Assembly (NCBI GenBank): GCA_965213625.1
Contig: CBDBZU010000004.1
Location: forward strand, 2,720,001-2,784,000
DNA: 64,000 nucleotides
Source of the DNA: a bacterium
GTDB taxonomy: Bacteria; UBA8248
Direction of reading: 5' to 3'
Positions within the stretch are counted from its first letter, which is position 1. Each line of letters opens with the position of its first letter. The translations under genes were made by a program, and so were the position numbers. Of the stretch, positions 18,271 to 27,134 are shown in pieces. The notes beneath the pieces are model-generated. The model was not told where the DNA came from. It searched no databases and saw only the letters and a program-made list of their open reading frames with translations.

Positions 18271-19169
18271 AACGCTTCGGACCCGCTCGGTCATTTATCT
18301 TCCTGAGCTTATTCCTGGTTTGCTCCTCACCTGTTTTCTCCTACGCAGGTCCGGCGAAACTCCAGGCCGCGCCGCCTAAAGCGAAGGTTCAACCCTCCGG
18401 CCCCACGACGACGGACCTCTCCCGGCTGAAGCTCAAGCGCAACATCTTTACCATCCGGTTGGAGAAGGGTTTTTTCGAGTTTGTGGAGATGATGGATTTC
18501 GAGAACGAGGGGAGCGCCACAATCGTCTCGAAAGGCGGCGCTCCCACGCTGCGCTTCGTTTTGCCGAAGAGCAGCAACATCAGAAACCCCCGCGCGCGCT
18601 GGGGCGCAGCGCCCGCAGGGCTGGACCCCAAATTCCTGACCTCAATGGAGAATGAACTTCGAACGAGCGAACCCATTCCGCCGGGGCGGAAATTCATCGT
18701 CCTGCTCTATCGGCTCGAGGATGAATACGGCGGCATCAGAGTGGAGAAACCAATTCTCTACGACACGCCGAGTATCGCCGTCCTTCCCGAGAAAGACCGC
18801 GTACAGGGCCAGGCTATCGGACTTGCCGCTCAGCCCGCCGTCAAGTTTCAGGACAGGGAATACAATCGCTTCGTGGGTGCCGCCAGTGCGGGTACGGTGG
18901 TGCGCATCGACGTGCAGGCGCCCGATTCGATGGGCGGCTCGGGTGTTTTCTACACCGTAGGGGGCGTCGTGGTTCTCATGAGCCTGGGGCTGGGGTTTTA
19001 TATCCGCAAAAGAAGGAATACGGCCTATTCCGCCCAGGTGGAACGCGAGGAAGTATTGCGCGTCATCGCTTTACTGGACGATAAGCTCGCGGCGGGAGAA
19101 ATCTCTGCTGATGAGCACGCCCGCGAGCGCGCCTCGCGCTACGAGCGTCTGAAAAAACTCTCGGACTAG
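18267..19169 (+). CDS. Hypothetical exported protein with C-terminal TM and CcmI-like tail
   Basis: Signal peptide, beta-rich periplasmic region, TM, then LDDKLAAGEISADEH motif; TTG start overlaps the upstream stop. Confidence 0.6.
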   Translation: MKRFGPARSFIFLSLFLVCSSPVFSYAGPAKLQAAPPKAKVQPSGPTTTDLSRLKLKRNIFTIRLEKGFFEFVEMMDFENEGSATIVSKGGAPTLRFVLPKSSNIRNPRARWGAAPAGLDPKFLTSMENELRTSEPIPPGRKFIVLLYRLEDEYGGIRVEKPILYDTPSIAVLPEKDRVQGQAIGLAAQPAVKFQDREYNRFVGAASAGTVVRIDVQAPDSMGGSGVFYTVGGVVVLMSLGLGFYIRKRRNTAYSAQVEREEVLRVIALLDDKLAAGEISADEHARERASRYERLKKLSD

Positions 19170-19181
19170 AGGGCGGATGCC

Positions 19182-19886
19182 ATGCTGGAAACTCTTGGGG
19201 TATCCAGGCGGTATGGGTGGAGATGGGCGCTCAAGGATTTGTCTATCTCTGTATCTCCCGGTGAGACGCTCGCTCTACTTGGCAAGAATGGTTCGGGAAA
19301 GACCACGCTTCTCAAAACATTTGCCGGTCTATTGAGGCCCACCAAAGGATCTGTGAAGTTCGATGGCCAGCCGATCTCCCGTGAGACGAGGGGCAAAATC
19401 GGCCTGCTTTCGCACGAGCCCATGCTCTATACGGGACTGACGATACGCGAAAACCTCGTCTATTTCGCTAAGCTCTTTGGAATAGAAAGCGAAAATATAT
19501 CGGCTCGTGTGGATTTTCTGGCGGAGACACTCGACATCGGGGAGCGTCTAGATGAGCCCGTACGTGTCTTGAGTCAGGGTTTAAGGCAACGCGCAGCCCT
19601 TGCGCGCGCGCTTTTACACGATCCTGAAGTTGTGCTGCTCGATGAACCTTTCTCCGGCCTCGACCCCGATGCCGCCGGACGCCTGGAGAGCGTCGTGCGC
19701 GCGCTTTGCGAGCACAATAATCGGATTGTGGTTTTCACGACGCACGACCTGTCAAAAGCCTTCGGTTTGGCGGGCAGAATCGCCGTTTTGGCCGGCGGCG
19801 GCCTTGCCTATGAGGGAAGTGTTGAAAATTCGAGAGAAGATGAGGTGTTGACCACGTTCGATAAGTCCTCGGAAAGTTCGGCATGA
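19182..19886 (+). CDS. ccmA: Heme exporter ATP-binding protein CcmA
   Basis: GKNGSGKT, LSQG and LLDEPF motifs; directly upstream of ccmB. Confidence 0.85.
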   Translation: MLETLGVSRRYGWRWALKDLSISVSPGETLALLGKNGSGKTTLLKTFAGLLRPTKGSVKFDGQPISRETRGKIGLLSHEPMLYTGLTIRENLVYFAKLFGIESENISARVDFLAETLDIGERLDEPVRVLSQGLRQRAALARALLHDPEVVLLDEPFSGLDPDAAGRLESVVRALCEHNNRIVVFTTHDLSKAFGLAGRIAVLAGGGLAYEGSVENSREDEVLTTFDKSSESSA

Positions 19887-20572
19887 GGCATTTTTTCTCG
19901 GTCCTGATTGCTGTCGTCGAAAAGGATTTGCGCCTCGAATGGCGGACGAAGGAAAGCCTGCTCGTCATGGTGGTTTTCGCGCTTCTGGTGCTCACGCTGT
20001 TCAGCTTCGCCTTTGGCCCGGGGGGCGGCAGCGGGGAGAACGCCCGCGCCGTGCAGGCGGGAATCCTGTGGATATCGTTTCTGTTCGCCTGCGTCATCGG
20101 GCTGTCTCGAACCATGGGCGTAGAGCGTGAAAGCGCGGGTTTTTCGGCCATGTACGCGAGTCCGGCGGACCCCTCAGCGCTGTATCTGGGCAAAGTAGTC
20201 TCCGTGGCCGTTTTGATGGGGATCATGGAGTTGGTGGGCTTCGCCGTTTTGGCCGTTCTCTATCAAGTGGATGTGTGGAAGTCGGCCAGTGCGCTAGCTC
20301 TGATAGCCGCTTCCGCCACTGTTGGAATCGCGGCTGCCGGCACCTTGTTCTCAGCCATGAGCGCTCGCACACGAACGCGCGAGGTATTGCTGCCCGTCTT
20401 GATGTTTCCCGTTCTCGTGCCCGTTCTAATTGCCGCCGTAAAGGCAAGTGAGGCCCATCTCGGCGGTGGCGGATGGCCGGATTCCAGGGATTGGATTCGC
20501 TTGATGTTGGTGTATGATGTAGTATTCTTGGTGGCCGCCTCTATGATTTTTGAATATATTCTAGAAGAATAA
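19883..20572 (+). CDS. ccmB: Heme exporter permease CcmB
   Basis: KDLRLEWR and REVLLPVLMFPV.VP motifs; multiple TMs. Confidence 0.9.
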   Translation: MRHFFSVLIAVVEKDLRLEWRTKESLLVMVVFALLVLTLFSFAFGPGGGSGENARAVQAGILWISFLFACVIGLSRTMGVERESAGFSAMYASPADPSALYLGKVVSVAVLMGIMELVGFAVLAVLYQVDVWKSASALALIAASATVGIAAAGTLFSAMSARTRTREVLLPVLMFPVLVPVLIAAVKASEAHLGGGGWPDSRDWIRLMLVYDVVFLVAASMIFEYILEE

Positions 20573-20651
20573 TATCAATGAGTTATGCTTCTTTATTTAT
20601 TAAAGAACTTTATGCTCCGCCGCTCCTCCGCATCGCCGGGAGGAGGGATTG

Positions 20652-21347
20652 ATGGGTCGAAACGAGCGGGGCGCATTTAAATGGTTGCCGGTTCTCACCC
20701 TGGTCATTCTTGCTTTCGCTATTTTTGCGAATTTATTCATCGCCGGCACCGACAGACTCCAGGGAGTGCCGCAGCGGATTTTCTACATCCACGTGCCATC
20801 GGCCTGGGTGGCGTATTTCGCCTTTTTTCTGGTGTTCATTTTTTCGATTAAATATCTAGCGAAAAGAAATCCGGACGATGACATCAGAGCGTACGCCTGC
20901 GCGGAGGCGGGAGTCGTCTTCTGTACGCTGGTTCTCATCACTGGGCCCATCTGGGCGCGTCCGGTATGGGGCGTTTGGTGGACGTGGGACGCGCGTCTCA
21001 CCACAACGCTTATCCTGTGGATGATATATGTGGGCTATCTGATGCTGCGCGCTTACATGACGGAACCCGAGCAAAGGGCGCGCTTCGCCGCCGTAATGGG
21101 GATTGTTGGCTTCCTGAACGTACCCATCGTGCATATGTCTGTGGAATGGTGGCGCACGCTGCATCCCAAACCGGTGGTGATGCGCTCGGGCGGATTAAAG
21201 GAATTGCCCGACTCCATGCACGTCGCTCTGTGGAGCTCCCTGTTGGCCTTTACACTCCTGTTCGTTTGTTTTGTCAGGAAGCGCGCGCAAATCGAGCGTT
21301 TGAACGCGCGGGTAGAAGAGGCGCGCGCAGCGCGAGAGGGGACATGA
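20652..21347 (+). CDS. ccmC: Heme exporter/cytochrome c assembly protein CcmC
   Basis: RIFYIHVP, WARPVWGVWWTWDARLT (WWD domain) and SVEWWRTLHP motifs. Confidence 0.95.
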   Translation: MGRNERGAFKWLPVLTLVILAFAIFANLFIAGTDRLQGVPQRIFYIHVPSAWVAYFAFFLVFIFSIKYLAKRNPDDDIRAYACAEAGVVFCTLVLITGPIWARPVWGVWWTWDARLTTTLILWMIYVGYLMLRAYMTEPEQRARFAAVMGIVGFLNVPIVHMSVEWWRTLHPKPVVMRSGGLKELPDSMHVALWSSLLAFTLLFVCFVRKRAQIERLNARVEEARAAREGT

Positions 21348-21478
21348 TGGGCTACGTGACGGCGGCGTACATTGTCGTTTTGGGGGGATTTTCGCTTTAT
21401 TGGTGGACTCTCAAGGCGCGGATGGATATTTTGATCGAGGAGGAGAAAAAACTTAACCAAAGGGAAGATTCTCCATGA
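21344..21478 (+). CDS. ccmD: CcmD-like small membrane protein (44 aa)
   Basis: MMGYVTAAYIVVLGGFSLYWW followed by a charged tail; YV.AAY motif; overlaps the ccmC stop and ccmH start. Confidence 0.75.
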   Translation: MMGYVTAAYIVVLGGFSLYWWTLKARMDILIEEEKKLNQREDSP

Positions 21479-21963
21479 TGCGTTTTTTGCTCGTCTTAGG
21501 CCTCGTGATCGCGTTGTACCCATATCCAGCTGCGGAGGCCGCCTCGCCGGGAGCCAAGACTACATTCTCCGAGGTGGCGGGCGCTCTCATGAGTCCCGTC
21601 TGCCCCGGGAAACTTTTGCATGACTGCCCGAGCAGCGAGGGCTCACAACTCCGAGAACTCGTACGCCGAAAGATTTTCGCCGGTGAGTCGAAAGAGCAGA
21701 TCGTCCGGTATTTTGTCGAAGTATACGGCCGAGACGTTTTACCCAAACCCCCGGCAGAGGGTTTTTATCTCACCGCCTGGCTTCTTCCATTCGGGGGGTT
21801 GCTGGCAGGCTTCGGCGTTGTCTTCGTCCTGGTGAGGTCATGGACGAGACGCCCCGAAGACGACGAACAAGGCGAGGAGAAAGCAGAAATTTCGCCGAAA
21901 GCCGCCTCGGATGACCCTCTTGAAAATCGCCTGCAGCGCGAACTTGGTGATTTCGAGGGCTAA
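21475..21963 (+). CDS. ccmH: CcmH/CycL-like cytochrome c biogenesis protein
   Basis: Signal peptide, LMSPVC..., GESKEQIVRYFVEVYG..VL..PP and WLLP TM. Confidence 0.82.
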   Translation: MMRFLLVLGLVIALYPYPAAEAASPGAKTTFSEVAGALMSPVCPGKLLHDCPSSEGSQLRELVRRKIFAGESKEQIVRYFVEVYGRDVLPKPPAEGFYLTAWLLPFGGLLAGFGVVFVLVRSWTRRPEDDEQGEEKAEISPKAASDDPLENRLQRELGDFEG

Positions 21964-21994
21964 GCCGCCACACTCCGCATGCCGGGAGTTTTCG

Positions 21995-22678
21995 ATGAAG
22001 TATGATCCCAAAGGTGAACTCGCCAGAAACCTCGATGGGTTCTCCCCACACAGACGGAGCATCAAGTGGCGCCTGATCGGGATGGTGATTAGCCTCGTCC
22101 TTGTAGTCTGGATGATTGTGTATTTCGGAAGTCAAGGTGAGCGTCCTGCGCAGGAGGTGGAGACAAAGCAGGCGCAGATAACACCAAAGGGAGGCGAAGG
22201 GGATGACGCCGCCCTGTTCCGCGACATGATTTTCCTTAAACAGGTCAAACGCACCGATGTCCCGGATGTGATGCTTAAAACCCTGGACGGGCAGAACCAT
22301 TCCATCACGCAATACGCGGGCAAGCTCGTTCTGGTGAACTTCTGGGCGACGTGGTGCCAGCCGTGCATTCGGGAAATGCCCTCGATGGAGCGGCTTTATG
22401 CCAAATACAAGCCGCAAGGCCTCGAGATCGTAGCGATATCTCTGGATCAGGGCAACGAGCAGGAAGTGCGCGATTTTGTCGCGAAGCTGCAGCTGACTTT
22501 CCCCATCGTCCTCGACCCCGAGCATAAAGCGAAGGCGACCTACAAGGTGCGGGGCTTACCGACGACTTATCTCGTGGACAGAGAAGGTCAGGTTGCGGGT
22601 TATGGCGTAGGGCCTCGTGAATGGGACAGCGAAGCTGCTTTCGCTTTGGTGGGACACCTGCTTGATGAGAAAAGCTGA
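21995..22678 (+). CDS. TlpA/ResA/CcmG-like thiol-disulfide oxidoreductase
   Basis: TM anchor, NFWATWCQPC..EMP and GLPTTYLVD motifs. Confidence 0.9.
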   Translation: MKYDPKGELARNLDGFSPHRRSIKWRLIGMVISLVLVVWMIVYFGSQGERPAQEVETKQAQITPKGGEGDDAALFRDMIFLKQVKRTDVPDVMLKTLDGQNHSITQYAGKLVLVNFWATWCQPCIREMPSMERLYAKYKPQGLEIVAISLDQGNEQEVRDFVAKLQLTFPIVLDPEHKAKATYKVRGLPTTYLVDREGQVAGYGVGPREWDSEAAFALVGHLLDEKS

Positions 22679-23270
22679 AGGCATGGAGGCGTCTAAAAGC
22701 CCAAACCCCGATCAGCGAAAAGCGAAGCGGCTGGCGCTTTCGTTCATCCTGGCCCCGGTTCTGCTGACGCTGCTCTGGGCGGTGGGCGAACGCCTGACGA
22801 CGGAGCGTGTCGAAGAGGCGCCGGTGGCCAACCTGGAATTGGGTAATCAGGCCCCGCTTTTCGAATATCCGGTTCTGGGCGGGGGTAGCGCATCTTTGGC
22901 GAGTCAGAAGAACAAGGTTGTGCTCATCAATGTGTGGGCAACGTGGTGCGTCCCGTGTCTGGATGAGATGCCGGACCTACAGCGCCTTTACACTCGGATG
23001 AAAAAAGACGGCGCGCCCTTCGAGATACTGGCGGTGAGTATCGACGCTCTGGGCGCGGATGCGGTTCAAAAATTTGTCGATCGCTTCGGCCTCACGTTCC
23101 CGATTCTTCTGGACCCTCGCGGGGACATCAAGAAACTCTACCGCACGACCGGCGTGCCGGAGACGTTCATCGTGGACCGCCAGGGCCGTCTTCAGCAGAA
23201 GATCATCGGTATCCGCAAATGGGATGCGCCCGCGGTCGTCAATTACCTCAAACAAATGGCCCGGTCCTGA
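22665..23270 (+). CDS. TlpA/ResA/CcmG-like thiol-disulfide oxidoreductase (second paralogue)
   Basis: TM anchor, NVWATWCVPC..EMP and GVPETFIVD motifs. Confidence 0.9.
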   Translation: MRKAEGMEASKSPNPDQRKAKRLALSFILAPVLLTLLWAVGERLTTERVEEAPVANLELGNQAPLFEYPVLGGGSASLASQKNKVVLINVWATWCVPCLDEMPDLQRLYTRMKKDGAPFEILAVSIDALGADAVQKFVDRFGLTFPILLDPRGDIKKLYRTTGVPETFIVDRQGRLQQKIIGIRKWDAPAVVNYLKQMARS

Positions 23271-23286
23271 GCAACCTCAAAAATAA

Positions 23287-24384
23287 CTAAATTTCAAAAC
23301 CGAGTTCCAGTTCCTCGTTCAGCTTTTGCATCTGCTCCAGTACGGCCGGGGTGATGGGCACGCCGATGCGCCTGTTCTCCTCCTCGGCGATCGCCTCGGG
23401 CTCGCCGTGTATGTAGATGCGATCGTGACCCGGCGCCTTTTTCGACCCCCGGATGGTTTCGAAGAGTTTCGTCATATCCCCGAATATGGCGGATAAGTCC
23501 CTGAAGCCGGATGTCTGGATTGCGCCCATGAAGTGGCCCGTGGCGGATTTCGCCGTGCCTGCCGCGCCCGCCAGGCGGCTTTCCAGACCCGCGCCCGAGA
23601 GCACGCCGCATAGAATATCCACCATCAACTGGAGACCATAGCCCTTGTGGCCCCCGTTCTCGTCTCCTTCGCCGCCCAGAGGCGCAAGCGGCACCTCGTA
23701 GTTCAGGATGCTCTTCTCGTTCAAGGTCGGTGTTCCCAGCGAGGAGAGCACCCAGCCTTTAGGGACTTCGCGCCCTTCGCGCAGGGCCGTCTCGATTTTG
23801 CCGACGGCCGTCACGGCGGTTGCCATGTCGAGATGAAAATCGGTTCCTCCCGGCCCGCCGGGTATCGCCACGCTCATCGGGTTGGTGCCGAAGATCGCCT
23901 CCGCCCCGAAGGTGGGCGCGGTGCGGCGTCCGCCGTTCGTCATGCTGATGCCGATGTAGCCCGCTTCCATCGCCTTTTTCGCCCAATAACCCGCGTAGCC
24001 GAAGTGGCTGCTGTTGCGGACGGTCACGAAGCCGGAACCATGCTTTTCCGCCATGGCGAGGGCTTCATCCATCGCGCGGTTCGAGGCGACGATGCCGATG
24101 GCGTCGTCCGCGTCGAGAAGGCCGGTGGTGTCGCTCCCCTTGTGGTATTTCATGTCGGGCCTGCTGTTGAGCACGCCGTTTTCGAGGCGAACCATGAAGA
24201 AGGTCAGCCGCGCCGCCCCGTGGCTGCGGATGCCTCTCAAATCGGCGCTGACCAATACTTTCGCCACGAGGCGGGCGTCATCTTCGGGCACGTCTTTGTT
24301 GCGGAATATGGTGTAGACGAACTCTTCGATGACTTCGGCGGGAAACCGCACCGTGCCTTCGGGCAGTGGACCGGACTCGACCAT
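23287..24384 (-). CDS. Ldh_2-family oxidoreductase (second paralogue)
   Basis: ADLRGIRSHG, NSSHFG, GTNP, LDMAT and GGHKGYGL motifs. Confidence 0.9.
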   Translation of the reverse strand: MVESGPLPEGTVRFPAEVIEEFVYTIFRNKDVPEDDARLVAKVLVSADLRGIRSHGAARLTFFMVRLENGVLNSRPDMKYHKGSDTTGLLDADDAIGIVASNRAMDEALAMAEKHGSGFVTVRNSSHFGYAGYWAKKAMEAGYIGISMTNGGRRTAPTFGAEAIFGTNPMSVAIPGGPGGTDFHLDMATAVTAVGKIETALREGREVPKGWVLSSLGTPTLNEKSILNYEVPLAPLGGEGDENGGHKGYGLQLMVDILCGVLSGAGLESRLAGAAGTAKSATGHFMGAIQTSGFRDLSAIFGDMTKLFETIRGSKKAPGHDRIYIHGEPEAIAEEENRRIGVPITPAVLEQMQKLNEELELGFEI

Positions 24385-24560
24385 GAACATCTCCTTGGAA
24401 AAATGTTGATTCTTGGTGCTGAATTGAAAGTTGCGCCATATTAGCCTGTCTTGGCGTTTTTCGGGAAGTCTCACAGGAGTGCGCTGCGCCTTGCGGGTGG
24501 CGCTCGCCTTTTGTCAAAATACGCTTCTTTCCGGGATTTACGCTTTGGAACAGGGGAGAG

Positions 24561-25616
24561 ATGAAAGTGGCTCGCATTGCGGTGGTGCGTGGAGACGGAA
24601 TTGCGAACGAAGTGATGCCCGAAGCTGAGGAGACGCTCAAGGCGGCGGCGGAGGCGGCCTCGTTTCCGGTGGTGTTCGAATACTTCGACTGGGGAAGCGA
24701 TCGGTATCTGGAACAGGGCAGGGGAATGCCCGAGGATGGATGCGATACGCTTCGGGCGGATTTCGACGCCGTGTTTCAAGGCGCCATCGGCGATCCGAGG
24801 GTTCCCGGTTCGATCGTGCAGGAAGAAGTGATTCTAGGGGTCCGTTTCGGGCTGGATTTATACGCCAACATACGCCCCTGCAGGCTCTACCATGAGGATT
24901 TGACGCCGCTCAAGAATAAAGGGGCGGGGGATATCGACCACGTCGTCGTGCGTGAGAACACCGAGGGCCTGTTCGTGAACGTGGGTGGTTTTTTCAAGCA
25001 GGGCACGAAAGACGAGGTCGCCCTGCAGGAAGAAGTGCACACATACAAGGGGGTGGAACGCGTCATCCGGGCGTCGTTCGACTTCGCGAGGCGTCATAAG
25101 CGCAGAAAAGTCACTATGGCGGACAAGGCGAGCGGGCTTCGCTACGCAGGCGGAATTTGGCGGCGCGTGTTCGAGGAGGTGCGGGCGGATTTCGAAGATA
25201 TCGAGTCCGAGGCCAAACACATCGACGCGGTAGCGATGGAGGTGATCCAGCATCCTGGAGAATTCGACGTCATCGTCACCAACAACATGTTCGGCGATAT
25301 TCTGAGCGACGTTACTTCGGGCCTCGTGGGCGGGCTGGGCCTTGCGCCTTCTGCGAACGTGAATCTCGAGGGGGTTTCGATGTTCGAACCGGTGCACGGT
25401 ACGGCTCCCGATATATACGGGCGCGGCATCGCCAACCCGATGGCGGCCATTTTGACGGGCGCTTTGCTGCTGGATCACCTCGGTTGTGGGGAGGGTGGGG
25501 CCGCCATTCGGCGCGCCGTGGAAGAGGCCATTGCGAACGGGGAACGTACTGGGGATATCGGGGGGACGTTGACCACAAAAGAATGCGGCGATGCCGTAAG
25601 AAACCGATTAAAATAG
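24561..25616 (+). CDS. Isocitrate/isopropylmalate/tartrate dehydrogenase family beta-decarboxylating dehydrogenase
   Basis: GDGI, YANIRP, RENTEG, NMFGDILSD and EPVHG.APDI motifs; not in a leu operon. Confidence 0.88.
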   Translation: MKVARIAVVRGDGIANEVMPEAEETLKAAAEAASFPVVFEYFDWGSDRYLEQGRGMPEDGCDTLRADFDAVFQGAIGDPRVPGSIVQEEVILGVRFGLDLYANIRPCRLYHEDLTPLKNKGAGDIDHVVVRENTEGLFVNVGGFFKQGTKDEVALQEEVHTYKGVERVIRASFDFARRHKRRKVTMADKASGLRYAGGIWRRVFEEVRADFEDIESEAKHIDAVAMEVIQHPGEFDVIVTNNMFGDILSDVTSGLVGGLGLAPSANVNLEGVSMFEPVHGTAPDIYGRGIANPMAAILTGALLLDHLGCGEGGAAIRRAVEEAIANGERTGDIGGTLTTKECGDAVRNRLK

Positions 25617-25654
25617 AACAAGTTACTGGGAGTTATTAAAGTAAATTACAGGAG

Positions 25655-26020
25655 ATGAAAATGCCGGAAAAATCAGTGGTGGACATTGCAAAAACGGCTT
25701 TTAAGCCCGTGGAGTGGGGGCAGACGAAAATTCTGGTCAGTCCGACAGCGAACGGCTCAGAGCATGTGCGCGTAGGACTCACCGAGTACGATCCCGCTAC
25801 CCCGCATGAGCCGCACGCGCATCCAGGGCAGGAAGAAGTCATCTGGGTGCTGAGCGGGCGGGGCTATACGGAAACGCACGGCGAGAAAATAGACCTCTAC
25901 CCGGGGGCAGTGGCTTTCATTCCGGCAGGGATGGAGCACAAGACGGCGGCTGTGGGTGAGAAGATGCAGGCCATCATCATCAAAGGACCGGTCCGAGATG
26001 CGGACGGGGTGCTGAGTTAA
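25655..26020 (+). CDS. Cupin domain protein
   Basis: H-x-H-x3-EE..VLSG.G and IPAG..H cupin motifs. Confidence 0.88.
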   Translation: MKMPEKSVVDIAKTAFKPVEWGQTKILVSPTANGSEHVRVGLTEYDPATPHEPHAHPGQEEVIWVLSGRGYTETHGEKIDLYPGAVAFIPAGMEHKTAAVGEKMQAIIIKGPVRDADGVLS

Positions 26021-26083
26021 AAGGATCCCGGAACGGAAAATGCGTCGGGTGAGGGCAATTGAAGCCCACGAGGGTGTGAGTTT

Positions 26084-27130
26084 TCAGGGGGCGGATATCA
26101 ATACACGATCATCCTGAACTTCCAGCTTGGTTCCGAAAGGCTCGTTGAGCGCCTCCATGACGCCTGTGATTCTGCGGCCTTCTCCCCGGCTGGGAGAATG
26201 GAGCCTGGGTTTTGAGAATACGCCTGCCGTCACGGGCATCAGATAGAGTTCTCTCACTCCCTTTTTGGTCAGGGTGCAGCCGAACAGGAAGGTGTCGTGC
26301 GTTTCGTCGGTGAAGAAGGGGATATTGAAGTCGAAAATCAAATTTCCCATGCTGTAAACGATGGGCGCGCCCTTGTAGAACTCAATCGCCTGGAGAACAT
26401 GCGGGTGGCCGCCTAATACCAGGTCCGCGTCGGCGTCGATGCTGGCGTGTGCGATTTCTCGTTCGAAATCCATCACCTCGTGCGTCATGCTCGTGCCCCA
26501 GTGATGGTTTACCACGACCAAGTCCGCTTTTTTCTTCAAATTCCTGATGTCGCGTTTCATGCGCGCGAGATGGGCGGGTTCCGCCCATGTGTCGATTCGC
26601 GGCGGGGTCCCGGGGTATTCAGACAGGTCGCGCCAGGGGCGATAGGCCGTGTGGGCGCGTATGGGGTTCACTCCCGGTCCGGCCGCCATGGCCTCGAACC
26701 CCCTCGGGATGACGGAGCAATACGCAAGAAAGCCGACCCTGAGGCCCCCGCGCTCGATGAAGACGGGCTTTCTCGCTTGCGTGAGGTTCATGCCGCCGCC
26801 CACGAGCGCAACGCCCAGAGAGTCCATGAGCGCCATGGTTTCCGCAAAGGCGTCCTCCCCATAGTCGAGCACGTGGTTGTTCGCAAAGGCCATGACGTCG
26901 AAGCCCGCTTCTGTGAGGGCGTGAGCCATATCCGGCGAGCCGCGCAGCAGAATTTTCTCGGGCGCGGGTTTGCCGCCGCGGGAGAGGGGGAGTTCCAGAT
27001 TGGCGAATGAAATGTCCGCTTCCCGGAGGAGGGGAATCAGCTTACCGAAAGCGCCTTTCGCCTCCGCGCGGTTGATGGCGATATCCCCTCCCGCCAGAAG
27101 TTTGGGTCTATCTTTAGCGCGGGGAGGCAT
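26084..27130 (-). CDS. CapA/PgsA-family metallophosphoesterase-fold protein
   Basis: GGDI, ANLE, ANNHVLDYG, HWG, GGHPHVLQ and YSMGNL motifs. Confidence 0.88.
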   Translation of the reverse strand: MPPRAKDRPKLLAGGDIAINRAEAKGAFGKLIPLLREADISFANLELPLSRGGKPAPEKILLRGSPDMAHALTEAGFDVMAFANNHVLDYGEDAFAETMALMDSLGVALVGGGMNLTQARKPVFIERGGLRVGFLAYCSVIPRGFEAMAAGPGVNPIRAHTAYRPWRDLSEYPGTPPRIDTWAEPAHLARMKRDIRNLKKKADLVVVNHHWGTSMTHEVMDFEREIAHASIDADADLVLGGHPHVLQAIEFYKGAPIVYSMGNLIFDFNIPFFTDETHDTFLFGCTLTKKGVRELYLMPVTAGVFSKPRLHSPSRGEGRRITGVMEALNEPFGTKLEVQDDRVLISAP

Positions 27131-27134
27131 GGGT

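Noticed and set aside
24561-25616. Assigning the symbol leuB
   Set aside because: Family is clear, but the substituted catalytic Tyr and the absence of leu context leave the substrate uncertain.
26084-27130. Poly-gamma-glutamate capsule locus
   Set aside because: Only a CapA-like gene is present; no capB/capC and no membrane anchor.
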